From an uncultured Acidobacteriota bacterium (GTDB taxonomy: Bacteria > Acidobacteriota > UBA6911): DNA of 64,000 nt. The translations under genes and the position numbers were made by a program. Where the stretch lies: contig CAWEJX010000004.1 in the NCBI GenBank assembly GCA_963809485.1, forward strand, positions 352,001 to 416,000. Direction: 5' to 3'. The notes beneath the pieces were generated by a model. It made no database searches, had not been told where the DNA came from, and saw only the letters and a program-made list of their open reading frames with translations. Of this stretch, positions 30,776 to 40,880 are shown in pieces; position 1 is the stretch's first letter; each line of letters begins with the position of its first letter.

Positions 30776-31296
30776 AGTTTCCCGCCTCTCCATCCGCATT
30801 AGTAAAGGTGAAATATTCCCCCTCCAGGATTAAGGGTCCTCTCTTCAGTATCGGGCAGCCCTTTCAATTTCTGATCTACATCCCAATCCTACAACCGACG
30901 CAAGCCGGCTGGAAAAGGAAATACGTGCAAATTCCTCGTATAATCTTTCAAGTTTCGTCCCATGCTTCTCGTCATTGATGAAGCGCATTGCGTCAGCCAG
31001 TGGGGCTATGATTTCCGCCCCTCATATCTGGTGTTGTCCAATGTCGTATTATTGGAAGTAGAACATGGCGGGCAACAGATTTAATTGCCGGTGTGACATT
31101 CGAGCCAAAGCATTTCCGGCGCATCTGCCTCAAAACGCTGAAACCATGAGGGTTGTTGAGCGTCCGGAGCGGGGATCGCCTCAAAGCTGCAGCCGGCGGA
31201 ACAGACTCCCTTTCCGGCGATGGCACAAGGTCGCTTCATCGGCCTAATATTGCTAAAATGCATTTGGCGGGCGGAAGAGACGTGGGAGGCATTCCT

Positions 31297-32838
31297 ATGA
31301 AGCGCCACATCTATTTATACCTGTTTGTGTGTTTGCTTGCGGCTTTTACACTCACATCGGTTCGGGCGAGTGCACAGCAATCTTGCGAGAGCTTAACCTC
31401 CGTCCGGATGCCCCATGGGACTGTTACCTCAGCTACAGCCATCACTCCACCGTGGGAGATCCCTCCCACTTCAGGCACGTTCGGCACGCCCGCAGGGCAA
31501 ATGGTAAACGTCTCCTTTTGCAGAGTTGAGGGTTTTTCTGCTCCAACCAGTGATTCTCATATTGGATTCGAAGTATGGCTTCCCCTTGCCGCAGAATGGA
31601 ACGGGAAGCTTCTCGCTGTGGGCAATCCCGGATTTATCGGCGGCGTTTCCCGGGGCGCCCTTTCAGGCATCGTTCAGAGGGGATATGTCGCCGTATCCAC
31701 CGACACCGGACACACCGAAGAGGGATACTTTTGGGCTGTGGGGCATCCGGAAAAGCTCATCGATTGGGGCTCCCGGGCGGTTCATGAGACGGTTATGGCA
31801 GCCAAACAGCTTATTCAAAGCTATTACGGAAAGCCCGTTCGGTATTCTTACTGGAGCAGTTGCCATAATGGCGGCAACCAGGGTCTCAATGAGGCGCAGC
31901 GTTACCCGGATGATTTTAACGGCATTGTTGCCGGCGATCCCGCTTATTACGTTTCCCGTCTGCAGGCAGGTTCGCTGTACATTGGCTGGGTATCCCTGAA
32001 AGACGGTACCAAATCTCCCGCTTATATATCACCGGCTAAGTACCCGGCCATGCACCGGGCAGCCCTCGATGCCTGCGACGCCATAGACGGCCTGGTGGAT
32101 GGGATCATTGAAAATCCCCCGGCCTGTCAATACGACCCCGCTGTCATGAAGTGCTATGGCAACGACCAGCCATCCTGTCTTACCGCCGCACAGGTTGAAA
32201 CAGCCAGAAAGATTTATGCCGGAGCGAAGTTCAACGATGGCACTCAGATATACAGCGGTTTTGAGCCGGGAACAGAGCTGGATTGGGCCATGATGGCCGG
32301 CGGTCCGAATCCGCTCAGCCTGAGCACAGGCTATTTCAAAGGTATGGTTTTTGAAAATCCCGACTGGGATTATCGGACCTTTGATCCGGACCGTGATACA
32401 CGTCTTGCAGAAGAGCGGACGGGAGCGGCGGTAGACGGAATCGATACAAACCTCAAGCCATTCAAGCAGAGCGGCGGCAAGCTCATCATCTACCAGTCGT
32501 GGAACGAAACTACCATTCCGCCGCGGTCCATCATTGATTATTACAAAGGAGTCGAAAAAACAATGGGCGGTCCCCGACAGACAAGTGATTTCGTTCGCTT
32601 GTTCATGGTATCGGGGTTGGGGATGTGCCCCGGATTCGGCAATGCGAAAGACTTTGATGCTCTGGAGGCAATTCAGCAGTGGGTGGAAAAAGGGATCGCT
32701 CCGGAGCAGATTCTGGCTCAGCACCGGGACAATAACCGGAAAGTCTTCCGGACCCGCCCTGTATGCGCCTATCCAAAATCTGCGAAATACAAAGGCAACG
32801 GAGATCCCAACGACGCTGCTAATTTTGCATGTAAATAA
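31297..32838 (+). CDS. Secreted tannase/feruloyl-esterase-family alpha/beta-hydrolase-fold protein with non-canonical catalytic residues
   Basis: Signal peptide; FCRV...IGFEVWLP..WNGK; STDTGH; AQRYPDDFNGIVAGDP; CDAIDGLVDG; TRPVCAYP. The triad positions read SCHNGG, QSWNE and GLGMC. Confidence 0.9.
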   Translation: MKRHIYLYLFVCLLAAFTLTSVRASAQQSCESLTSVRMPHGTVTSATAITPPWEIPPTSGTFGTPAGQMVNVSFCRVEGFSAPTSDSHIGFEVWLPLAAEWNGKLLAVGNPGFIGGVSRGALSGIVQRGYVAVSTDTGHTEEGYFWAVGHPEKLIDWGSRAVHETVMAAKQLIQSYYGKPVRYSYWSSCHNGGNQGLNEAQRYPDDFNGIVAGDPAYYVSRLQAGSLYIGWVSLKDGTKSPAYISPAKYPAMHRAALDACDAIDGLVDGIIENPPACQYDPAVMKCYGNDQPSCLTAAQVETARKIYAGAKFNDGTQIYSGFEPGTELDWAMMAGGPNPLSLSTGYFKGMVFENPDWDYRTFDPDRDTRLAEERTGAAVDGIDTNLKPFKQSGGKLIIYQSWNETTIPPRSIIDYYKGVEKTMGGPRQTSDFVRLFMVSGLGMCPGFGNAKDFDALEAIQQWVEKGIAPEQILAQHRDNNRKVFRTRPVCAYPKSAKYKGNGDPNDAANFACK

Positions 32839-32931
32839 TGGGGAGCCAGCATTAAAATCCTGGAGACTTCGAGTCTTTGAGTTGATCGGATTCCAGGAAT
32901 CTAAGAATCAGAGGGTGCGCGGATTAAGGTT

Positions 32932-33393
32932 CTATTTGCTTCCGGCCCGGCGGGTGCACAATGCGCGTCCTACAGCGCTACATCCGCCCCCTCCGCCGGA
33001 GGCTATGCTTGTTCCACCATAGCCAAAATTGAAGATCCAGGAATCCCCGAGGTTGTTCTTGGATCCGCTCCAAACGTTTGCGGCCTGTAAGTTTATGGAT
33101 CCCTTAACCTTATACTCCTTCTTCAGATTTCTGTCATACAGACCCTCCAGCTCCTCTATTGTCCCCAACCGCCAGTCCGTGTGCCCTCCCAAGGTCAAGT
33201 TCTGGCAATAAACACTGGCCTGACTCCAACTTACGTCGTTGCCATTATCCTCAACAGCCCATATCAAACCGGTCGAACTGTCTTCCCAAATCCTGGCGGA
33301 ATCCTGGCCCATCGCTATATGTATGCCGGCATGGAGAAAAAGGATCATGAATAAGGACGTTACCCGGTGATCGAAAAACCATTTTAGGAACAT
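32932..33393 (-). CDS. Secreted DUF1566 (Lcl C-terminal) domain protein
   Basis: DSSTGLIW...WSQASVYCQNLTLGGHTDWRLGTIEEL...VWS...ALC. Confidence 0.8.
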   Translation of the reverse strand: MFLKWFFDHRVTSLFMILFLHAGIHIAMGQDSARIWEDSSTGLIWAVEDNGNDVSWSQASVYCQNLTLGGHTDWRLGTIEELEGLYDRNLKKEYKVKGSINLQAANVWSGSKNNLGDSWIFNFGYGGTSIASGGGGGCSAVGRALCTRRAGSK

Positions 33394-33820
33394 AAAACCA
33401 CTCCTTGAAAATAAAGAAAAACCATAATTCTGCCCATTCCGTACAACCAGCAGAATATTAAATACAGATCTGTGCTGCAATCGATACTTTGCCGGAGGAA
33501 CCGTGCAGGAGGCATGCAAACGTGTGCAAAAGGATTCCATTCCTTGCAGGTGGAACATCGGAAAGGCACTGTAAAGGCCATGCTCCGCGCAAGACGGCTG
33601 TGGCCGCAATGGAACGGTTGACTGTACCATCAGCATGGGTGTAGGAATAGGGCAAAGGCGCACAGTTACAGGAATATGTATGCGCTCGACGCCGTTCCTG
33701 ATCCTGCCCCTCGCCTCGCTTTCCGCGCCATTAGGGGAACCAGGCGCGGCTAATCCTCAAGTTGACGCACTGAGAGCTTTGGGCGTTTAGATCCAATGTC
33801 GCGCTGAAGGAGGACTAAAA

Positions 33821-34528
33821 ATGAAAACAGCCCATTCAGCAGTTATCTGTATCCTGGCGATTTTTTTTAGCGCCTGTGTAACCGGAGATGAAATTACGAG
33901 CTATGTAATCGATCCGGACGGATCGATTTCCTTTACCATTTATCGAATGAACCTAAACTCGAACGAGACGGGCGAAAAGGCGAAAGAGGAACTCGCAAAC
34001 TACATTCGCGATCTTGAGAAGCAGAGTGGCGATTTCTTCACAAAACTCGCGAAAGCAAACACCAAGGAAATTAAGGTTACAATTCTTCGCAGGGCCGCAC
34101 CCGCATCAGTCCTGATCACGGGCCGTATTCCTTCGCTCTATGACCTGGCGGCCTTCCTCAGCGGGAAGAGCGACGAGGAGAGTTTTATCTGTACCGCCGT
34201 CTCAAGGGAACGCATGCGCGGGATTCACTGCCAGTACACCAAAAATCCATCAAAAGAAAAGGCCAACACTGGAAAATCCCAAGCTGAAAAAGCCCAGCCT
34301 GAGCTTGCCCGAACGCGTGGTGATTCGTTCTCCGAAACGCGAATTGCCCTCTCCCATGGAAGCTTTACCAAGGCCCAGGGATTCTTAATCGCACGTGACA
34401 AACGCTCCGCGCTCTTCGCTTTGGACACACCATCGGGGGTAGAGGACCTGGAAATACAGTCGGCTGCGTTCTCGGTAGAGTGGGAAATCCCCGAGGCGAA
34501 GTTTGGGATCTTATCCGCAATACCATGA
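33821..34528 (+). CDS. Hypothetical lipoprotein
   Basis: AGGAGG RBS; MK + hydrophobic stretch + FSAC lipobox; 235 aa. Confidence 0.7.
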   Translation: MKTAHSAVICILAIFFSACVTGDEITSYVIDPDGSISFTIYRMNLNSNETGEKAKEELANYIRDLEKQSGDFFTKLAKANTKEIKVTILRRAAPASVLITGRIPSLYDLAAFLSGKSDEESFICTAVSRERMRGIHCQYTKNPSKEKANTGKSQAEKAQPELARTRGDSFSETRIALSHGSFTKAQGFLIARDKRSALFALDTPSGVEDLEIQSAAFSVEWEIPEAKFGILSAIP

Positions 34529-35259
34529 CCCGGCTGACTTTCGGTTCGGCATTTGATGTTCTTCCTCTTTGGACACCGGATGGAAAGCGGATTATGTTCT
34601 GCACCAATCGCCCGGACGGCGGGAGTTTGTATTGGAAGGCATCCGACGGTGTGGGGAAGGGGGAGCCCGTAGGTTCTCCTTTCGCCCAGATAATGGTGCC
34701 GATCTCCTGGTCGAAGGATGGAAAAACCCTGGTCGTGACGCATGCTGCTCAGATCGGGACGGCCAACTTTGACATCGGCGTGCTGTCAATGGAAAGCGGC
34801 CACGAATACAAAAAGCTGTTAAAGGAAAAGCATAGTGAGTCTCAGCCGCGGATTTCGCCTGATGGGCGCTGGATGGCCTATACCTCCGATGAATCCGGCC
34901 AGGCTCAGATTTATGTGCGCCCCTTTCCTGATGTGGATAAAGAGAGATGGCAGGTTTCCACGAACGGTGGAAACAGCCCCCTCTGGTCGCCGGACGGGCG
35001 GGAGCTGTTCTACTTTAGCGATGGTGCCGTAAGTGCCGTTACGGTGAACACAAAACCAACCTTCAGTGCCGGGACACCCAGGACCCTCTTCCGGGGCAAG
35101 TATATCGGCCCCTTAATGAATTCGGGGGCTTCATGGGACATCAGCCCCGACGGCAAGCGTTGCCTGATGCTGAAAGAGGACGCAGGCGGAGGCCCGCGGA
35201 AAATCAGCGTCGTATTGAACTGGACAGAAGAACTAAAACAACGTGTGCCAACGAAATGA
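34500..35259 (+). pseudogene. C-terminal TolB-like (PD40) propeller fragment of a Ser/Thr protein kinase
   Basis: Repeated WTPDGK/WSKDGK/ISPDGRW/WSPDGRE and the typical VVLNWTEELK tail. The kinase domain and a proper start are missing. Confidence 0.75.
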
Positions 35260-35396
35260 ACGGAAAAAAATGGGGACAGTCACCATTACCTTTGCGATTT
35301 CCCCCTTCACGGTGGTCCTGAACTGGACTTCCCTGCTGAAGAAATGACGTTTTCGGGGCTTCATGTGTGAAACATCCATAATCGAGGAGGGGCAAA

Positions 35397-35526
35397 ATGC
35401 CTTTTATCAAAGTGGAAGCTGGGAAAATGAACCAGGAGACAAAAGAAAAACTGATCAGCGGATTGACCAGGCCTGCAAGTGAAAGCCTGGGGATTGCGGA
35501 AGAAGCGTTCACGATATTGATAAAAA
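35397..35526 (+). pseudogene. Truncated 4-oxalocrotonate tautomerase (DmpI-like)
   Basis: GAGGAGG RBS; MPFIKVEAGKMNQETKEKLISGLT...LGI...FTILIK with catalytic Pro1, then unrelated sequence. Confidence 0.6.
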
Positions 35527-35682
35527 TCAGGCAAGCAAGGCACTTGCCCTGCGGAGCAGCGCAAGTGCAGGCCTGGCACGGGATGCCACTCCCAAATGGA
35601 ATTTCGGAGCATTTCAGGCACAATAGCTATCAAGTATTGTGACCAAAGTGCGCTATGCCCGCAATTTGGACGCAGTTCATTC

Positions 35683-35716
35683 TTGACCATACTGCGGACA
35701 CATCGTAGTATGGTCA
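35683..35716 (+). promoter_or_regulatory. Sigma70-like promoter overlapped by an inverted repeat; probable leaderless transcript
   Basis: TTGACC-17 nt-TAGTAT, with ATG 6 nt after the -10 box; TGACCATACT/AGTATGGTCA palindrome arms overlap both boxes. Confidence 0.6.
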
Positions 35717-35717
35717 C

Positions 35718-36953
35718 ATGCTGCGCCGGTATATTGAACACGCCCTCCAAAACCTTTCCTTTGCCCATCGGAAGATGGCATTCGTTTCTGGACCGCGCCA
35801 GTGTGGCAAGACCACGCTTGGGAAAATGCTGCTGAAGGACCGGGGAACTGGGGCATATTTCAATTGGGACGAGACAGAATTCCGCCGCCTCTGGACAAAG
35901 TCGCCAAAATCTGTTTTCCCGTCGGACCGCACCGGCAAACCCGGTCAGATTGTTCCTCTCTTGGTGCTTGATGAAATTCACAAAGCAAAGAAATGGAAGC
36001 AAACGCTGAAGGGCGTTTACGACACCATGGACTTGCCTGCGGACATTCTTGTGACTGGCAGCGCCAGGTTGAGCATTTATCGGAAGGGGAGTGACAGCCT
36101 GATGGGCCGTTACTATCATTTCAGACTGCATCCCCTAACCTTGGCGGAGATTGGCGGTTATCCTCTATTGCCGCCGGAGCAGGTTCGCAGGGAGATATTG
36201 GAGGGTAGCGGCCACAATAGGAAGCGGGATCAGGCACTGTTGGAGGATTTAATTCGATTGGGAGGTTTCCCCGAGCCTTTTCTGGCCGGCGAAGAAAGGC
36301 GATTGACTCTGTGGCGTCGGGGCAGAATCGAGAAAGTCGTCCGAGAAGATCTGCGGGATTTATCGCGCATTCCCGAGTTGAGCCAAATTGAGGCCTTGGT
36401 CTCCCTTCTGCCCGAAAGAGTGGGATCCCTCTTCAGCCGCGCCTCGCTTCGTGAGGACCTCGAGGTCAGTTTCGATACCATTCGCCGCTGGATGCAATAT
36501 TTATTTGAGCTGTATTATGCGTTTGAGGTCAAACCCTTCACCTCCAAAATTTCGCGTTCCCTGAAAAGAGAAGGCAAGCTCTATCTCTGGGATTATTCCG
36601 AGGTCACCGATCCGGCTGCGAGATTCGAAAACCTGGTTGCAGCCCATCTTCTCAAGGCATGTCACTATTGGACGGACACGGGAGAAGGCCTGTTTGAATT
36701 GTTTTATTTGCGAACAAAGGAAAAGCAGGAAATCGACTTCCTGATTGTGAAAGACAAGAAGCCCTGGCTGCCGGTGGAGGTAAAGGAGAATGACATGGGG
36801 CCCTCGCCCAATTTCAAACGTTTTCTGCCGCACCTGAATTGCCCGCTCGCTCTGCAGGTAATCAAACAGCCCAAGTATCGATCCCAGCACCAGATCGGGG
36901 ATGCAACTTTACTCGTCACCAGCGCCTCACGCATACTTCCGTTTTTTGTTTGA
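35718..36953 (+). CDS. AAA_14 ATPase with DUF4143 and C-terminal restriction-endonuclease-like motif
   Basis: GPRQCGKTT; LVLDEIHK; VTGSARL; DSLMGRY; GGFPEPF; KLYLWD; FENLVA; EIDF...PVEVK. Confidence 0.9.
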   Translation: MLRRYIEHALQNLSFAHRKMAFVSGPRQCGKTTLGKMLLKDRGTGAYFNWDETEFRRLWTKSPKSVFPSDRTGKPGQIVPLLVLDEIHKAKKWKQTLKGVYDTMDLPADILVTGSARLSIYRKGSDSLMGRYYHFRLHPLTLAEIGGYPLLPPEQVRREILEGSGHNRKRDQALLEDLIRLGGFPEPFLAGEERRLTLWRRGRIEKVVREDLRDLSRIPELSQIEALVSLLPERVGSLFSRASLREDLEVSFDTIRRWMQYLFELYYAFEVKPFTSKISRSLKREGKLYLWDYSEVTDPAARFENLVAAHLLKACHYWTDTGEGLFELFYLRTKEKQEIDFLIVKDKKPWLPVEVKENDMGPSPNFKRFLPHLNCPLALQVIKQPKYRSQHQIGDATLLVTSASRILPFFV

Positions 36954-37040
36954 TATAGCTGCAAGGAAGCAGGTTCGCGAATGAATTATTGTTAACGCAT
37001 CCCCGCCAATTTCTGCGGTGAGAACTGAGAGTGGGAACAC

Positions 37041-37664
37041 ATGATAAAAGCACGGAAAAATATCGCATATCAGTTTAGGATTGTTTTAAGAGAAATTGAG
37101 CCAACGATCTGGAGGGTTATCCAAACGCCCTCCGAATATTCCTTTTGGGATCTGCACGTTGCGATACAGGATGCTATGGGATGGCTCGACTGTCACTTGC
37201 ATGCTTTTCGCGTCCGAATGCCGCATAAGAGCAAGGATACGCTGATCGGCATTCCGGATGATGATTCATTTGACCTGGAAATCCTGCCAGGCTGGGAGTT
37301 TCCGATTGCAGACTATTTTACGGAACCCGGTAAGTTGGCAATCTATGATTACGATTTCGGAGATTCCTGGTCGCATGAAGCCCTTCTTGAGGGCATTCTG
37401 CTAAAAGAAAAGTCTGTCAAGTATCCTCGGTGCATCGACGGCAGACGAGCCTGCCCTCCTGAAGACTGCGGGGGAGTCCCAGGCTACTATGAGCATCTCG
37501 AGATACTCGCCGATCCCAAGCTTCCAGAATACCGGGAGCATATTGCATGGCTTAAAGGGCATTTAAAAAACTATTTCCCATTCGAGCCAGACAATTTCAA
37601 TCCCGATAGCGTGAAGTTCTGGGATCCTAAAAAAAGGTGGAAAATGGCGTTTTCGAGTAAGTAA
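37041..37664 (+). CDS. Plasmid pRiA4b ORF-3 family protein
   Basis: PTIWR...DLHVAIQDAMGW.DCHLHAF; YDYDFGDSWSH; GRRACPPEDCGGVPGY. Confidence 0.9.
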   Translation: MIKARKNIAYQFRIVLREIEPTIWRVIQTPSEYSFWDLHVAIQDAMGWLDCHLHAFRVRMPHKSKDTLIGIPDDDSFDLEILPGWEFPIADYFTEPGKLAIYDYDFGDSWSHEALLEGILLKEKSVKYPRCIDGRRACPPEDCGGVPGYYEHLEILADPKLPEYREHIAWLKGHLKNYFPFEPDNFNPDSVKFWDPKKRWKMAFSSK

Positions 37665-37840
37665 TCTCATCAAGAATATGGCAGCGAGGGTATTTCTGCC
37701 TTGTGAAAACGACAGGTTCTGCAGACAGTGCCTGCAGAAACGCCATGGAAACTCAGGTTTTCACAGTCAGGCACCTCCCGCAAAGCCGGAGGCTTGAAAG
37801 ATTGGAACCGCTCAAAGCGGTTGGAGGAGTTACGCTGGTC

Positions 37841-38104
37841 TTGAACGCTGACTTACGCGGGCAAAAGCCGATGAGGCGCTTCCGATCCCCGCAGGGGCCA
37901 GCGCTCCGCGCTGGACAGTTTTCTGCGGCGGCACTGTGGCAAACGCCCGGTTTCTCATAACCTCCATCTCCTTGCCGCACGGCGCTTGCCACAGTTCCGC
38001 CGCAGAAAACTCCATCGGAAGCGCCTCATCGGCTTTTGCTCGCCGACCCTCGCTGAAAAAATCGGCGTTTGTCAGCGCTTTTGTCAGCGTATCTCAGCGT
38101 TTCA
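37841..38104. repeat. Nested long inverted-repeat element (REPIN/MITE-like)
   Basis: GCAAAAGCCGATGAGGCGCTTCCGAT (37861-37886) has a perfect complement at 38014-38039. An inner imperfect 30-bp pair lies at 37918-37947 / 37981-38010. Confidence 0.75.
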
Positions 38105-38110
38105 AAATAC

Positions 38111-38157
38111 GGAGCTGTCAAACTCTATGATTCCCCCGGCAAAGCCGAGGGTTTACC
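38111..38157. mobile_element. Possible IS200/IS605-type end remnant
   Basis: CCCCCGGCAAAGCCGAGGGTTTAC hairpin with adjacent TGTCAAAC, resembling subterminal hairpins of Y1-transposase elements. No transposase nearby. Confidence 0.35.
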
Positions 38158-38203
38158 AATAGAATTATTCGATAGTGAATGACGGGGTTGATGCGGGAAT
38201 GAC

Positions 38204-38447
38204 GGGGTCGGACCACGATAAATGTTACAGATATGAATTTTAGGCAGGTTTTTCGCCTCCAAAGCCGGCCTTGCGTTGATTTTTTGGAACCTTTTTTTGC
38301 ATGTAACGATGTCATCAATCTGCGCCCGGCATACTATTCAAGCTTGGAACAAAAAAACAGGGCCAAAATATACGCGCAAGGCCGTTTTTATGTCCATTGA
38401 TGTCATCTATCCTTTTAAACAGCAATAATATATCGTGGTCCGACCCC
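38204..38447. mobile_element. AT-rich MITE-like element with 17-bp perfect terminal inverted repeats
   Basis: GGGGTCGGACCACGATA (38204-38220) and TATCGTGGTCCGACCCC (38431-38447). Confidence 0.65.
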
Positions 38448-38494
38448 CTTTCGGACCTATCCCGCATGGTAAGCGGGAGACCCCTTTCTTCTTT

Positions 38495-40155
38495 CTAGCG
38501 CCAGTCGTCGATGCGTGTACTCCCTCCCAGCAACATACCCGGTCCCAGCATGAAATCCGTCACAAACCAGGTTGTCTGGATTCCGCCTCCGGCAACAATT
38601 ATTTTGATTGCGGATGCCTGATTGAACGGTTTTATCTTTTCACCCGAAGGGTATTGAGTTTTTTCAACATTTTCTGAAAACCACTTGCTTAGCTGGTCTT
38701 TCGTCTTAAAACCCAGGCTGTCCTTGAGAAGTGCGGCAACGGACGGATCCATAATGACTGTGGCCGATCCCATTGTAAGAGCCTTCATTTAGTCGCCCAT
38801 CACACATATGGACGGGGTTGTCCCGCACGGCCATCACTACGCTGGAAATATAGGACCAACCGATTCCCACGGTTATAACGCTGTCATTAGGTTTGAATCC
38901 CATCTGCACATGAAAAGGCTCCCACCCTTCGGGCAGCGCCTGCTCGTTTTCCGCAATGCAGACATTGTTGTATTGCATGGTGCTTCCCAGGCTGCTCCAC
39001 GTCGTTTTTCCGCTGTGCAGACCGCCGATGGTTTTCGACATCAGTGTGTAAGCTGCGGCCGATAACCGAATTCGCTTCATTATGCGGTCCCATGACGTTG
39101 GTACCGTAATTCATGCCTATTTCGTCGCGTATGGGTCCGTTGACCACGATAATGTTGGCCATGGAGGACGTGGAGTTTCCAAAAGGTATGTGGTTGGCCA
39201 GGGCGAGGATCACCGGAAGATATTCCCGTTTGGCGCCGGCCATAACAGCGCAGGTTGCCACTCTTTCTACGGTAACTTCCCGCTTGCCTCCCGGCCAGTC
39301 CAATGTCTTGATGACTTCGTCCGGTTTATGAGAAGTGCCTTTCAGCATGTCTGCCACCCGTTCTTCGGTCGGAAGGATAATGGGAAGATAGTCTGTCCAG
39401 TCCCGGTCCTTGAAAAGGCGCTGCAGGTTCTCTTCAGTGTCCGGCCCGAGAAAGCGGGATTCCGCCGCGGGGGGCTCGGGTGCCGGTCCTTTGTATTTCT
39501 CTTTGTCGGTCAGGGGAACGGTCAGGGCGTCGATGAATGCCTGCATCATCGGTTTTCCGCTTACGACGTCTTTGCTCTCAAAAATATATTTATGGTGGAC
39601 CGATTGAGGTTGCCCGGCCACCGGGAAAGGAAAGGATATATATCGAATGGGCGATCCGTTGGTATACTCGAAATCGTGTCCCTGGGCGTATTTGATGATA
39701 TTGGATGCCGCGCCCCCGACGGTGGGAATTTTGAAGTTCTGTTCCAGCGTTTTGCAGTTACGGCTCACGGCCGATGTGCAGCTGTCTCAACCGGATATCC
39801 CGACCATGGCCGCATGGCCCTTTTCGGATATTTCCTTCCAGAGTTCCGGCTGGTCCTGCATGTAGGAGCCTTTGACACTTCGGATCTCCACTTTCACACT
39901 CGGCATATTCTGGGCAAACCAGGCTTTCATTTCCGCATAAATGCTGGGAGCCGCCTGCGGGCCTCCCCAACCGATATCCACCAGGAATATTGTCTTTCCT
40001 TCCAGCGTATCAAGCCGCGGTGTAAGCGGTACGCGATCGACCATTCTATTCGGGGGTGTCGGATTCAATACCCTCATTTTTTCCGCAGAATATGCTGTCG
40101 AACATACAGCGATGAGAAGGACTATCCATACAATGGACCAAAGTTTTTGCCTCAT
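38495..40155 (-). CDS. Signal-peptide-bearing UGSC-family selenoprotein (in-frame UGA at 39789-39787; frameshifts near 39060 and 38790)
   Basis: ORFs 39787..40155 and 38887..39768 are in the same frame and join as GISG-U-DSCTSAV. Downstream WTDYLPIILPTEERV..ML.GT, AVMAGAKREYLPVILA, VNGPIRDEIGMN and IAENEQALP..WEP are typical of this family. Confidence 0.85.
39753..39780 (-). promoter_or_regulatory. Candidate bacterial SECIS hairpin
   Basis: UGCA-CAU-CGGC-CGUGA-GCCG-UAAC-UGCA stem-loop. The apical loop begins about 17 nt after the UGA and has a G at its second position. Confidence 0.55.
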
Positions 40156-40452
40156 GTTGCACCTCCGCTAAGGATATTCGGAATAAGCTGCCTAATTGAC
40201 TCCGGGCCCTTCCTGCAAGAGGCCGCGATGGCTTCCGATATCGAGTGAGATGTACCCTTCAGACATCCGAACTTGCCGACTATTGAAACTGGCGTTATGT
40301 TACATCACAATTGGAAGCTTTAGATAGGGATTTTAGTACACCCTCGCCACCACGCCCTGCTGCGCAAGATGAATCCGGAGGCCTGACCTGGCGGCTTATT
40401 ACTTTTCGCTGCGCTCGCGCGCGAGTTGATCCAGGTACGTTTTCTCCAGCTG

Positions 40453-40716
40453 CTACACTGAGGCAAGGAAACCCTGCGGATCCACAAAGCGATCCGGTGA
40501 GTAGGAATCGCCCGATTTGTACTTCTCGTGCATCCGAAACTGCGACGCATGGGATGCGAACCACACATGGATCTTCATTTCACTTTGCGCACGAAAGGTG
40601 CGCGCGAAATCCGCTTCGATGTCTGGATAGTTCGGCATTCCGCTGACCCGGACACCAGGATTGATGGTACCCATGTTGGCGATGATCACCCGGTAGATCT
40701 TGCCGCCTTCGCGCAC
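40453..40716 (-). pseudogene. C-terminal fragment of a subclass-B3 metallo-beta-lactamase-like gene
   Basis: EGGK.YRV.IAN..TINPG......YPDI..DFARTF.....DVW.ASH.SQF....K......RFVDP.G. The HxHxDH half is absent. Confidence 0.65.
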
Positions 40717-40880
40717 TCACAGCGCTTCAGGCCGATGAACTCCTCATTGTCGGTCCGGCGCCGGCCTGCATCCTCGCAGATCCGACAGACCGGCTCACTG
40801 TCGGAATCCCGCTCAAAGAGAGTGTGGCATGAGGTTTTTTATCACAGGCATCATTTGCGTTGGACCCTACTGAGGTTTGC

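Noticed and set aside
32900-37700. Integron cassette array
   Set aside because: The genes are cassette-like, but orientations are mixed and I found no convincing paired RYYYAAC/GTTRRRY attC sites and no integrase.
40453-40716. Functional beta-lactamase resistance gene
   Set aside because: Only the C-terminal ~90 aa are present, and the metal-binding HxHxDH region is missing.
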